Positions 25,501-37,228 of a stretch of DNA of 64,000 nucleotides are shown piece by piece. Numbering within the stretch: position 1 is the stretch's first letter; the number at the start of each line of letters is the position of its first letter. The notes under the pieces were generated by a model. The model was not told the DNA's origin and did not search any database. It worked only from the letters and a program-made list of their open reading frames with translations. The translations under genes were made by a program, and so were the position numbers. The stretch is from Azolla caroliniana (lineage: Eukaryota; Plantae; Polypodiophyta), in contig JBHGNT010000014.1 in assembly GCA_043228905.1 (NCBI GenBank), positions 2,666,001-2,730,000 on the forward strand, written 5' to 3'.

Positions 25501-26586
25501 CGGAAGTTCGACTCCTTCATGACCGACGAAGGGTACCTCAAAACGCAGTCCGACCACTGCGTGTTTGTGAAGAAGTTCGAAGGAGGAGACTTTCTAATAC
25601 TCCTCCTGTACGTGGACGACATGTTGATCGTCGGACGGGACCAGGTCAAGATACAGATGCTGAAGAAGGCTCTTCACCGAACCTTCTCAATGAAGGACTT
25701 GGGTCCGGCGAGACAAATACTAGGGATGCACATCATCCGGGACCGGAGCAAGAAGCAGTTATGGCTGTCACAGGAGAAGTACGTGGCAAAGGTGCTTCAA
25801 CGGTTCAACATGTTGGAAGCAAGACCGGTCGGATCAACCCTCCCGGCAAACTGCAAGCTGTCCAGCAAGCAAAGTCCCAAGACAAAGGCTGAAAAGGAGG
25901 ATATGATGAAAGTTCCGTATGCCTCAGCCGTCGGGAGCTTGATGTACGCCATGGTGTGTACGAGACCGGACATAGGATATGCAGTCGGAGTGGTGAGCCG
26001 GTACATGAGCAATCCCGGCAAAGAGCATTGGAACGCGGCCAAGTGGATACTCCGATACCTGAAGGGCACGGCAAACGTGTGCCTCCGATTCGGCTCCGGC
26101 AAGCCCGAACTCGACGGCTTCACCGATTCGGATATGTCGGCTGATGCAGATACCAGCCGGTCCACATCAGGGTATGTGATGACGTATGCAGGGGGAGCTG
26201 TTTCATGGCAGTCGAGACTGCAGAAGACGGTTGCGTTGTCAACCACGGAGGCGGAGTACATGGCGGCTGTTGAAGCCGGCAAGGAAATAATATGGATGAA
26301 GGACTTCATTAGAGAGCTCGGTATCCGGCAGGAGGAGTACCGACTCTACTGTGACAGTCAGAGTGCAATCCACCTTGCGAAGAACGCGGCCTATCACTCC
26401 CGGACGAAGCACATCCAGCGAAGATATCACTGGATCCGGGAAAGGATAGAAGACCAGGAGTTCGTGCTGACGAAGATCCACACGGACGAGAACGGCTCAG
26501 ATATGCTGACCAAAGTGCTCACACCCAACAAGCTGGAAGCATGCCGGAAGAGGATCGGATTGGAGAGACATCCCATGCCGAAGTGA
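22513..26586 (+). CDS. gag-pol: Copia Gag-Pol polyprotein, 1357 aa (Gag, CCHC, PR, INT, RT, RNase H)
   Basis: CFHCGKPGHFRKNC; VVDSGAS; HKRLCH...CTDC; DNGGE; LLYVDDML; FTDSD/TEAEY/YCDSQ. Confidence 0.98.
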   Translation: MEGGGGGPPGMMVLNSQNYADWKIKMEDLLIVRDLYEPIDNAEIPKGVIESEWKLLNRKAVATIRQYVDVSVLQHVANDTNAYEMWKKLSGLYERKNALNRTSLMRKIVNLKYRDGENMVEHVSTFMGFVNQLAAIKFPLEDAMQAIILMCTLPESWENLVVTLSTSCTEDNLSLQTVKTSILNEEARRRDKEPASDSKVLLTESERGRQWNRSPQRREKSGTRSQSRGRPTCFHCGKPGHFRKNCRHYRKDNGADDTDSKKSPERNGAYRGATDRRGSDRRGQDRKGTTALAASEEEIMLITEEGELNIAGDETTWVVDSGASFHLTPERRYFSSYTAGEHGCVRMGNEGTCRIAGIGDVWLTTPTGCKMLLKDVRHVPEVRLNLISAGRLDDEGYTGSIRNGVMKFSKGSLIVARARKVNTLYLMNARLCPEELNVAADTAGELWHKRLCHMSEKGMKRLAEDNLIPVKHVHLEKCTDCLAGKQNRTSFHSRPPTRRSAPLELVHTDVCQVETKSHGGAQYFVTFIDDHSRKLWTAPLKTKDQVLSVFKELHARVERESGKKLKAIRADNGGEYRGQFAEYCRSKGIRLEFTVPKTPELNGLAERMNRTIMERVRSMLAHAKLPKGFWAEAMSTATYVINRSPSVPLDGDTPQRVWTGRKVSYRHLKVFGCLAYVHVAKDRRGKLDPKTRPCIFLGYGDDEFGYRVWDPVDKKIFRSRDIIFMEDKTLADLESEKKMKSSKSTGEDQLYEEQSRPARDRLALEDPAEDGEETEPAEEDENDTGTGPDPEMDSDEEESEEPVTEAPERRYPLRERRAPRRFPEPEHVLLTDEGEPESFEEAKHDTQSRRWLSAMQDEMDSLHENHTYELVELPKGKRALRNKWVFKLKPGDAGNPPRYKARIVVKGFQQKKGVDFDEIFAPVVKMTSIRTVLSIAASMDLEVEQMDVKTAFLHGDLEEEIYMQQPEGFEKKGKEHLVCRLKKSLYGLKQAPRQWYRKFDSFMTDEGYLKTQSDHCVFVKKFEGGDFLILLLYVDDMLIVGRDQVKIQMLKKALHRTFSMKDLGPARQILGMHIIRDRSKKQLWLSQEKYVAKVLQRFNMLEARPVGSTLPANCKLSSKQSPKTKAEKEDMMKVPYASAVGSLMYAMVCTRPDIGYAVGVVSRYMSNPGKEHWNAAKWILRYLKGTANVCLRFGSGKPELDGFTDSDMSADADTSRSTSGYVMTYAGGAVSWQSRLQKTVALSTTEAEYMAAVEAGKEIIWMKDFIRELGIRQEEYRLYCDSQSAIHLAKNAAYHSRTKHIQRRYHWIRERIEDQEFVLTKIHTDENGSDMLTKVLTPNKLEACRKRIGLERHPMPK

Positions 26587-26596
26587 AGGGGGAGTT

Positions 26597-27272
26597 TGTT
26601 GGGATTTCGGTCCCTCCGGATGGGATGTCCGGAGATGAATGACGGCAAGCCCGGTTAAGGTTACGGAGCCGGATGACGAATGTACCCGGAGAGAGATCCG
26701 GATGACGGCAAGCCCGGTTCCGGTTACGGAGCCGGATGATGAAGACCCTGGCTACGGAGCCGGATGCTGAAGACCCCGGTAACGGAGCCGGATGACGAAT
26801 GTACCCGGAGAGAGATCCGGATGCGGGGACATATTTGTGAATATGTTTTGCCAAGAGCCCTTGAGGCTATATTTGTAAATAGCCCTAAAGTCATATGTGT
26901 ATAAATATGACTTAGGGCAATCAGTTTAAATGTTGTTGCTCATTTTATGTTTTCAGCCGAGAGAGCGAAGTGAGAGCAGCCGAGAGAGAGAGAGAGAGAG
27001 AGAGAAAGGAAGAGGTCGACGCCTCTGTGTATTACCGCCGCCTGTGGCGAAGACAGTGAGCTCAAGGTTGTTGCCTTGTAGCTTCACCATTGTACATCTC
27101 AGTGTATAGTGATAGTTGGAGTTTGAGGACTCCCGTGGTTTTTTCCCATTTAGGGTTTTCCACGTAAAATTCCAGTGTACCTTTTCTCTCTACTGTCCTC
27201 GTGCACTTTGTATTTCCCAATTTCTGTGAGTTGATCCTATTCCTCGGTTGTGGCCGAGCACTGTTTATAACA
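26597..27272 (+). repeat. 3' LTR of copia H
   Basis: Matches the 5' LTR except one missing 63-bp unit and one substitution that I could see. Confidence 0.97.
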
Positions 27273-27769
27273 TGAATCTTCATTACATCTCTGTTTATGA
27301 TCACCGCCAACAATGGCCAAGGATCTATGGCCTCGAAGTGTATATTGGATCTCTTGGATCGTTGCCAACACAGTATCACATTTCTCCATAGTTAGGGCCA
27401 ATTGAAGAGTTTGATGATCCATGTGCTTGATTTGAAAGAGGAGGGAGGGAGGTAGGGAGACAATATGAGATGGAGTAGTATAAGAAACAATGGAGGAAGA
27501 AGAAACAGGGCAGTTGCCATTAACCACCATACAGAGAGAGGATCGAACAGAATGAGAGATGGAGAGAGAAAGGATGTATCAGTGAAAAACTATGGCGGTT
27601 GCCGAGCTAATTGAGTTGTGGATCTTCCGAGTGCCAGGCATCCTTCACGATTCCCATTCCACTTCCATTTCCAATTCTCGAGTGAATGTAGAGATGTCAG
27701 AGCTGCTTTGGCCTCGTCGTTCTCATCCCGAGTGTTGTCCCTAGGGCCTCTCCAAACTTAGCTCGACCG

Positions 27770-28390
27770 AAAGCTTTACTACGATTCCCATCTCTACGCC
27801 ACGCTCAGCCACATCAAATCGCTCGCTCACCGTTCATCTCAGTGAACCATCCTTAGTCCCACGCAGAGCTCAAATCCTTCCTTGACAACCTACCCAATCG
27901 CTTCCATTCCTACCTTCAATCCTTCTACTCCCCCCAATGATCTCATCCGCGAGGCTCATGGCAAAACCCCAATGCTTGCTTCCTCGTCGCCTTCCTCAAA
28001 TCTCTCCAGCATGAAGTCTGGCCTTTCTTCAAGCTCAAGAAGCTTCAGCAACCACAACATATCCCGCAACACATCTCAGAGCTTCTAAATCTAGTCTTCC
28101 ATATCTCCAAATCCAACGCTCTTTACCTTGACAAACACATTATGTCCCCCCATCTTGTCAAAGCCATCATGGAAGACCTCCTCCTCATCTAGAACCAGAT
28201 CCCAATTACCCTCGTCTCGCAGACGGTGAGGATCAATGCAGAGTGTGAGACCAAGGAGGAGGCACTTGATCTCTACCTGGTGGCTCTTGCCTACCGATCC
28301 AAGGTGCAGACGTTTGCCTACATCAAGGAGATCGACTGAGAAAAGGCAACGCATCTGCTAGATGTGATGCACTTCTTGATGGTCTAGAGC
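27770..28390 (+). pseudogene. Captured DUF247-like plant gene fragment
   Basis: Translation contains IMEDLLLI*NQIP and THLLDVMH, resembling the DUF247 motifs DLLLLENQ(I/L)P and HLLD. Confidence 0.6.
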
Positions 28391-31272
28391 AGAGCAATCA
28401 GGAGCAACACTAATGGAGAGCAATCATACGCGCATTTTGTGGCGCCTCTACAATTGAGGAGGAGGCTGCAAGTGGATTAGGTCTAAGAAGATAGGATCTC
28501 AGTAGAAGAGGCTTGGATAATCTGTCAGGTATAATCGAGGGGGGTGCCCCAGGGAAGATGTTTTCGACCATCGCAAGCATCTGGCAAAGCACAATCAAGA
28601 AGAACAGAAAGAGCATAAGACACGAATGACTCCGAAACCTCCTTGTGTAACTTTACTCAAAGAGGGAGGTTGGCTCTCCCTCTTTGAGTGTTAATGGGGT
28701 GGGGGGTGAAGCCATTCTCCCAAGGGGAATTATGTGTGAGGGAGAGAGAGAAAGAGAGAAGTAGCAAATGACATGGTAAATGAAGGGGGGGAAAGCTATA
28801 TTCATTACATGCCCCATAGGGGGTTTATATAATACATCAATATAACGGTTACATTACATGACCTTTTATAAATAAACCTTTTATAAATAAGACCGTTACA
28901 CATTCTTGTACACATGCACATAAATGTGCATGTGTTCATATACATACTCATCCTCACACACTCATTCATATTACACATTACACACCTTAGACATTACACA
29001 CCATACACATTACACTTTAACCCTCCCGTACACTTATACGGGTAACACCTACTCGCGCACAAAGCGATAATGCACTTCTATGTGCTTCGTCCAAGCATGG
29101 AACACAAGGTTCTTAGCCAGTTTGCATGTTGCTCATGTTGTCGCAATAGATCGGGATCGAAGTCGGTACTTTGATCTGAAGGTCTTACAGCAGCCGCCGA
29201 AGCCATATGGCTTCACAAGTGGCAATAGTAGCGCCCGATACTTAGCCTCAGTGCTCGATAGAGCCATTGTCAGCTGCTTTTTGTTGCTCCACGCAATAGC
29301 CGCGCTACCAGGAGAAAACATATAATCGGAGGTGGACCGACGATCCGATGCGTCAGCGGCCCAATCGGCATCTGTATAACCGACTAGTGTTTCGGGTATA
29401 TTGTGTCGGTATAGCAACCCTTGGTCCTCAGTGCCTGTAACATACCTCAATATTCGGTGCGTGCATTGAAGGTGCTCTACAGTTGGCTTTTGCATGAATT
29501 GACTGCTAGCTCCGACCGGATAGCTAATTTCAGGGCGAGTGATCGTTAAATAAATAAGGCTTCCGAAAATTTGTCGGAACCGTTTCTCATCGCAGGCCGG
29601 TTCGGAGTCGGGACGAAGCTTTAGGTTCTGGTCCAAGGGTTTGTAGACTGGTCAACAATCTGTCATGCCGAACTTGTACAACATATTCAACACATAGTGT
29701 CGTTGTGAAAGCAGTATGTCGTCGGGGTATGGATCACTTCGATCCCGAGGAAATAATGAAGGTCCCCCAAGTCCTTCATTTCAAATGCATCCGACCATTG
29801 GGACTTCACGCAATTGATTTCAGTGAGTCTGGGTACGGTGATAACTAGATCATCCACATATAACAAGATGCACATCGGACCTTTCAGACCTTTCCGGATG
29901 AACAACCAAGAGTCTTGCTTTAAGCCGTAGAGCAACTTCTTGAGTCGGCACACTGCCAACGTGTTTATCTTCGAGTGAAATCCGGGGGGCCAGATCATGT
30001 ACAGACATGTTCTTCAAGATCACCTTGAAGAAACACATTCTTCACGTCCATTTGGTGAATAAGATGCCACCCCCTTGCCGCAACAACCGCTAGTAGCTCA
30101 TGGACCATTGTCATCTTCGCTACCAGAGCGAAGGTCTTGTCGTAGTCGATTCTGTGGGTTTGCGCATATCCTTTGGTCACTAACCTAGCCTTGTACCAGT
30201 TGACCGAACCGTCAACATTATACTTTACCTTGTATACCCACTTGCAACCAATCAGTTTGCAATGTTGGGGAGGGTCAACCAGATCCCATGTGTCGTTGGC
30301 ATCGAGTTCCCGCATCTCTTCTTCCATGGTGGCTCACCATTGCGCGTCCTTTGCCGCTTCTGCGTAGCTCTCTGGCTCACACACTTCCACGACCTTCATC
30401 ATGTACGCATAGTGATGTGCCATGTACCCATTATACCCATACTGTTTGACGGGGTTCTTTTTGCGGGTCGATTGGCGTAACTTCTCGTTAGCCAATTTCA
30501 AGGCCCTCTTGGACGGCTCAGACTTCATCTCTGAAGGTCTGTCTTCATTCTTTTCAGAATCGAACTCGCTCCAATCAGACTCTTCTCCACCGGTGTCATA
30601 CTCCGACATCTTCTTCCCTTTCTCCTTGCGAGTGAACCGTCTCCTTGGTTCCTTGCGTGGGAAGAGACTGAGTCTCCACTACTCCTAGGCTCTTCATCCT
30701 GTTGGTCCTTTCGACTCAGGTCTTCATGCGGCCCGCTCATCCGAAATGAGATTGAACTCTCATCTAGAGTATTGAATCCTTCATCTTCTGCCCGGATCGC
30801 TCCTGGCTCACTGGACTCATCTTCCGGAATCGGGTTAAAGTCGGAGGTCGGAGTCAGTAAGGAATACTATGATGCCGACTCATCGAACTTGACATCTCGA
30901 CTTACTCGAACTTGTTTCGATCGAGGTTTATAACACTTATAACCCTTTTGTTCGTGTGAGTAGTCGACCAATATTCATTTCTCCGACTTCAGGTCCAACT
31001 TTCTCCACCTCTCATCTGGCAGATGCACATAGGCTATGCTACCGAATACCCAAAGGTGTCTTTAATTCGGCTTACACCTGAAATACAACTCCTATGCTGA
31101 CACCTTATCCCCGATCCAGTTTTGGATGTAGACGGCCAATTGGACCGCTTCTGCCCAATAGAACTTGGGCATGCTCTTTTCTTCCAGCATTGCTCGTGTC
31201 GCCCCCACAATTGACCGGTTCTTCCTTTCGGCCCCACCGTTTTGTTCCGTGTGTATCTGCAGCTGAATTCCT

Positions 31273-31478
31273 TGTTGTACATTTTAGGGTTAGGGTTACT
31301 AATAATAATGATGATGATGATTGATGATGAAGATAGACATAGTGTAATGGTGGAGATGATGAATGGTATGACGGTGAGAGATCATGAAGATACAAGACAA
31401 GCATTGAGGGGTGGGGAATGGCACCACCCCCCTCCCATGGGGATCAACGTAAGGGGGAAGAGAGAGAAAGAAAGATGT

Positions 31479-31514
<36 letters not shown>

Positions 31515-33590
31515 CCTTGTTTTCATTCATTCCCCATAAGGGGTTAAATAGTTACAAAAGGGTAGATACACAAGGGTGCAAGCCCCTTGGGCATTCACAC
31601 CTAGTCACTCACTCACACCTCTTTGTATCCACAACACTCACACTTACATTCACACTTATAATAGTATAACATTACACATACATATCAATGCATTACATCT
31701 TTTACCCTTACTTATCACACTTATCAATCACCCGTACATCTCGTACGGTAACACAATATGGCATGCCCGTGGGAGAGTGCCTTGCACGTCGATCCCACAT
31801 GCCTTGATCATAATTTTTCTTCGACCGGAATTTCCATCGGTCCTCTCAACGATTGACTCCCTCAATTGGAGCGCTTGACTCGAACATCTCCGTCGGTCAG
31901 CAAATCTTCATCGACACGAACATTCCCATTCTGTCGGTTCACGAACTTTGGTATCATCATTCGGGTCATCAAAACAACATTGTGTGTATGTGTATTCTTC
32001 CCAAGTGTATCTTGTGTGTTATCACGACTCGGTTACATCCATTTCATTCAGGTTGACGAGTTTTTAAAATTATGTCTAGTACCCTCAACTTTTTGAAATT
32101 TGGTCCTTGTTTTCTCGTTTTCCCTCTCTCCCTTTTCTGTTTCATTTTGTTATTTCGTTTATTATTCTTTGTTTCATTTTAGGTCTTTCTTTTTTTTCTT
32201 TTTTTCCTCCCTGCTTGTATTTGTCTGGTTCTCTACGTCCTTCTTCCTCTTTTCTGTTTCCTCTCTTTCTCTTCCTCTTTTTCTTTTGCTTGTTTTCTCT
32301 TTCTTTTCTGTTTTGACGTATCCCATCAGATTCCTGTCAGGCTGGACAAGCCCTAACACAGGGTGTCCCTATGGAACACTTCACCAAAGGGTGGTACAGG
32401 GAGATATGGATAGACCGTAGTATCGAATGGGTCTTAACCAGGTACTAACGGGCACTGTTAATTAGTCATAACACACATGTAAGATTAATTATATTAAGCA
32501 TAGGACGGTAACTAAACATACATAAACAACAACACTTCTATTAATTATCCGTTCTTGATTACATTCTTGCCGGGTCCTTTTATAGGTCTCCGACTGAGTT
32601 ACAAACCGGTGCCAACCGGCAACCGACAACCGGCAACGATCCGGTTCGGATCCGAATCGGCATACCGATTATGGGTCCGTCCGTCCGCTTTTCAAAATAA
32701 CATAGTACTTATTAATTTCAACTCCCTATTCCTAATTAAATACCCCTTTTACATTCTGAACTCGTGTTATCCAATATGGTCCGGTCCACCGAAACCGTAG
32801 CTTCCCCGGCATCTTGCCCATCCGGGTCTGGAACACTAGTACCAGCTTGCCGATTCCAAACATATTCTCATTACCCTTCCGGTGGCGGTGGAAGAATGCT
32901 TTCCTTCGTCGTTTCTCGAGTTCCATCTGCATTAGGCTCGCTATTCGGTGCTCCTCCAGCTCGCATAGTGTTGCTAACCGGATTTCTCCTTGTTCTAGCA
33001 TATATTTATTTATTTATTTAATTTTCCGACTCCTTCTCGCTTAGCCGCTCCCAGACTTGTATCTGTAAACTTCGAATCTGGAATTCAATTGGCATCACCA
33101 CTTCGAGACCAAACGCTAACCGGAATGGTGTTGTCCAGATACTTGTTTTGTATGCCGTCCGGTAAGCCCATAACGCGTTGTGCAACTTTGTATCCCAATC
33201 GGTTTGGTTCTCATTGACAATCTTCCGGAGAATGTTCTGTAGAGTTTTATTGGTGGACTCGGCCAATCCATTGGCCTGCGGGTAATAAGGGGTGCTTTGC
33301 TTGTGTATGACCACATAAAATGTTGTTAGGCTTTCCACCACTTGGCCGAGGAAGTGTCCACCTTGGTCGTTGATTAATTTGATTGGACATCCATACCGGC
33401 GCCAGATGTACTCGTATAGGAACTTTGTCGTTCACGTCGCGGTATTGTCACGTAGTGCCTTGGCTTCCACCTATTTTGTACAGTAATCTGTGGCGACAAT
33501 TGTGTACTTGTTGCCGGTTTGCATTGCCAGTGGCTTGAATGGTCCAACGAAGTCCAGCCCCCATTTCTGGAACCATAGAACTCCTTGACA
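31273..33590 (-). mobile_element. 3' part of a non-chromoviral gypsy element: integrase, 3' UTR and 3' LTR (31273-31753)
   Basis: WGLDFVGP, DQG, PQANGLAE and RWTGPY on the minus strand; LTR resembles that of element G. Confidence 0.85.
32335..32753 (-). mobile_element. LTR inserted at the integrase C-terminus
   Basis: TG...CA ends; its 3' end is homologous to 44900-44978; TSD uncertain. Confidence 0.7.
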
Positions 33591-34302
33591 ACGACTCCAG
33601 CGAGCACACAGCTGAAGACAATGACAACATCGCCCCCCTACCGCCGCAACACGAAAGACTGGAAGACACCACCATGCTGAACCCGCCATCCGAGGTACGT
33701 CTGAAAACCCGATGAAACAAACGCCACAAGAAGAGTACCTCAACAACCCTCTCTTAATCAGCCACGAGGAAGGAGGCCCGGAACCTGAGCCAGAACTAGG
33801 ATGAACAGCCGAAACAACGGTTGAAGCAGAGCCAACACCCCCCGACACGACGTAGCAAACCACGACACCCCCTGAGACACCCATTGTGGTTCACACAGAC
33901 ACAACCCGACTAGAGCCAACCATCCTGAACATTTTCGATGACGCATAAAATTATCCTATGGGTTTGACCGTGCAGGCACTCTCCCACAGGCGTGCCATGT
34001 GTTGGCCGCCTTGGACCATCAAGTGGGAAAGGACAAAAAGGGAAAAAGACAAAGGGATGGTTATGGCAAGCAAAGAAAACGGGTGGGGCCGAAGAGTATT
34101 AAACAAGACATAATAGCTACCATTCATGAGGGATAACAGTTCACGCTCTATGCATAACTGCCCATGACCCAATCTAAAGGGCATGGAAAACTTGTAGAAA
34201 GGAATCATGTTTTGGTGTATGAAGAATATTCGAATATAGAATCTATTTGCCTATTTGTTGTGTCTCTATTTCTATGTTGAGTCATTGTACTCTATAAAGA
34301 AT
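33591..34302 (+). mobile_element. Gypsy 3' fragment: end of the extra ORF, tRNA-like motif and truncated 3' LTR (from 34000)
   Basis: ORF ends EPTILNIFDDA*, like EPNIWAILEED* at 41765; same junction motif. Confidence 0.75.
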
Positions 34303-37228
34303 TGTGTGTGGAAGCTTGTAGGCAAAACCTGCTTCACCGGATAGCAGAACAGGTTTAACGGAAGGTTTAAATCACACACACAAAGAGTACGCAGGAGAGA
34401 CAGAGAAAGCAGAATAGAAACTCAATTTCAAAATAATACTTTGTACATACAATGTGCTTAGAGAGAACTTTTAAACAAGTCCTTAAAAGGACTGCCAGAA
34501 GTACTGACAAGTACTTCAATGCTCGTACTGAGCTACTAACACTAACTCCCATGATAACTACCTAGTAGTCTAGGAGTGTAGAGCTCCAACAGCCTACCGG
34601 TTCGGATGTGGGTCCGACCCTCCGATCCGACTCTACGTTCTGGATCTTGGTTCCAGATATTGATCCGGCTCTAGCTTATTTAGCCAATCCGGATCAGGTT
34701 GAGCTTGTCCGCTTAACACTCCACCTCAAGCTCAACTTGAGGTCGGATCATGGTGTCAATGTCTGTCGGTCCTTTCCTCCGACTCCTCGTGGCGTCTTCC
34801 CGCCTTGCTTGCGCTCTTCGTCCTATCCATTTCTACTCTCCTAGACCTTCTCGATGGGCTTGTTTGCTCAACAGACCCATCTAAGCTCCTTCACTACTAT
34901 GACTTCGGCAATTCTCGCCCCTCGGTTCCTCCGTGTTGGTGTCAACTTCCATTGCATTCTTGTCGCTTGGCCTCCAACTGGTCCTGCTCCTCCAAATCAA
35001 ACTGTTGAACCAAATCAGTTGCCTCCAATTCATTCCCGCTCTTGTCCAAGTTGGTTGTCTCCAGCTCAACTTCAGTCTTCAGGCCCTTCACAACATCGGA
35101 CCACGTTGGAGTCTTGGCCTTCTTCTTTCGATTAGACCTGTCTTTCTAAACTCTTCCGCCGTCGTCACTTGTTCCAACTTTTTCGGATGTGCCGACTTCT
35201 TCAGTTGACTCAGCTCCTATTTCCTCATCTTCCCCTATTTCAATTTCCTTCTCTCTGGTTGCTTGTCCTATGCCATTACCTATTTTCCTGGTTTGTGTTT
35301 CGGTTTTCCCCATAACATTACCGGTTCTCCCCCTCAAGTGTGGCACATCGAGATGTTGTAGCCCAAGCATCTCCAAAAAGTGTTACGACTTATCCGACCC
35401 GAGTGGCTTGCTGAAGATGTCGGCAACCTGCCGATCCGTTCAAACATACTGGAGTTCAACTTCACTGCTCACGACCCGCTCGCGCACAAAGTGATAATGG
35501 ACTTCTATGTGCTTCATCCGAGCATGGAACATGGGGTTCTTGGCCAGCTGCATACTACTCATGTTGTTGCAGTAGATCAGGATCGGAGTCAGTACTTCAA
35601 TCCGGAGGTCTTGCAGCAGTAGCCGAAGCCATATGGCCTCACAGGTGGCGACGGTAGCGCTCCACGATATTCAGCCTCAATGCTCAATAGAGCCACTGTT
35701 GCCTGCTTCTTATTGCTCCATCCAACAGCCGCACTACCGAGAGAGAACATAAAACCGAAGGTGGATTGATGATATGACGCATCACCGTCCCAGTCGGCAT
35801 TTGTATAACCAACTAGCTTTTCGGTTATACTGTGTTGGTATAACAGTCCCCAGTCCTTAGTGCCGCTAACATACTTGAGTACTTAAGGTGATCCACGGTC
35901 GGCTTCTACATAAACTAACTTATTATCCTAACCAGATAGTTGATGTTGGGTCGGGTGATAGTAAGATAGATGAGTCTTCCGACAATTTGTCGGAACCGTT
36001 TCTCCTTGCGGGCCGGTCCAAAGTCGGGACAAAGCTTTAGGTTCCGGTCCAGGGGTGTGGACGATGGTCGGCAATCAGTCATGCAAAACTTGTACAACAT
36101 ATTCAACACATAGTGTCGTTATGAGATTTATATGCCTTCGGGGGTATGGATCACTTCGATACCGAGGAAGTAATGAAGGTCCCCCAGGTCCTTCATTTCG
36201 AATGTGTACGATAGTTGGGACTTCACTCAGCCGATTTCAATGAGTCCGGGTCTAGTGATGACCAGATCATCCACATATAGCAAGATGCACACCGAACCTT
36301 CCGAACCTCTATGGATGAACAATGAATAGTCGAACTTCGAGGCCGCAAACCCCATCTTACGTAACCGATGCGTGATTTTTGAATTCCAAGTGCAGGGGGC
36401 TTGCATTAAGCCGTAAAACAACTTCTTGAGTCAGCACATTGGCAACGTGTTCATCTTCGAGTGAAATCCGGGGGGCTAGATCATGTACAGACATGTTCTT
36501 CAAGATCACCTTGAAGAAACACATTCTTCATGTCCATTTAGTGAAGATGCCACCCCCTCACCACTCCGACTGCCAGCACCACTTGAACCATCATCTTCGC
36601 TACCGGAGCGAAGATCTCGTCGTAGTCCATTCTGTGGGTTTGCATGTATCCTTTGGCTACTAACCGGGCCTTGTACCAGTTGACCGAACCGTCGCCGTTA
36701 TACTTTACCTTGTGTACCCACTTGTAGCCGATCGGTTTGGAGTGTCGGGGAGGATCAACCAGGTCCCATGTGTCATTGGCATCACATGCCCACATTTCTT
36801 CCTCCATCATGGCATGCCAGTTTGTGTCTTTCTCCGCTTCTATGTAGCTCTCCGGCTCACGCACTTCCGCCACTTTAATCATGTACAGATAGTGATGCAC
36901 CATGTACTCATTATACCCATACTATTTTATGGGGTTCTTCTAGCGGGTGGATCAGCACGTCTTCTCATTTGCCGATTTCAAGGCCCTCTTGGCCGACTCA
37001 GACTTTGCTTCCGAAGGTTCATCTTCATGCTTACTGGAGTCGAACTCATTCCGATCCGACTCATCTCTGCCGGTATCGTATTCCAGCATCTTCTTCTTCC
37101 CCTTTTCTTTGTGCGTGAACTGTCTCTTTGATTCCTTGCGCGTGGAGAGCATAGTCAAGTCTCCACTACTCTTCGGATCATCATCCTGCTGGTCATTCTG
37201 ACTCCACTCTTCATTCGGCCCACTCAAG
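34303..37228 (-). mobile_element. Decayed copia element K (RT, RH, Pol tail, 3' LTR to 34718)
   Basis: KARLVAKG, YVDD and RNase H motifs; LTR homologous to 18656-19102. Confidence 0.88.

Larger units (their letters stand above)
21743..27272 (+). mobile_element. Intact, young Ty1/copia element H
   Basis: LTRs 21743-22481 and 26597-27272, perfect TSD TGAAT, PBS 22485-22496, PPT 26585-26594, uninterrupted ORF. Confidence 0.98.
20833..29047 (-). mobile_element. Non-autonomous LTR element G (LTRs 20833-21168 and 28689-29047) of the tRNA-mimic gypsy group
   Basis: Similar TG...CA LTR pair, TSD CCTTC/CCTAC; strand inferred from TATATAAACCCC and the CT-rich U5 on the minus strand. Confidence 0.88.
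18656..31272 (-). mobile_element. Decayed copia element F (3' LTR 18656-19102, Pol tail, RH-RT-INT) hosting three nested insertions
   Basis: PPT at 19103-19112; RNase H split at 20832/29048; RT YVDD in the 29687 ORF; INT near 31034-31270. Confidence 0.88.
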
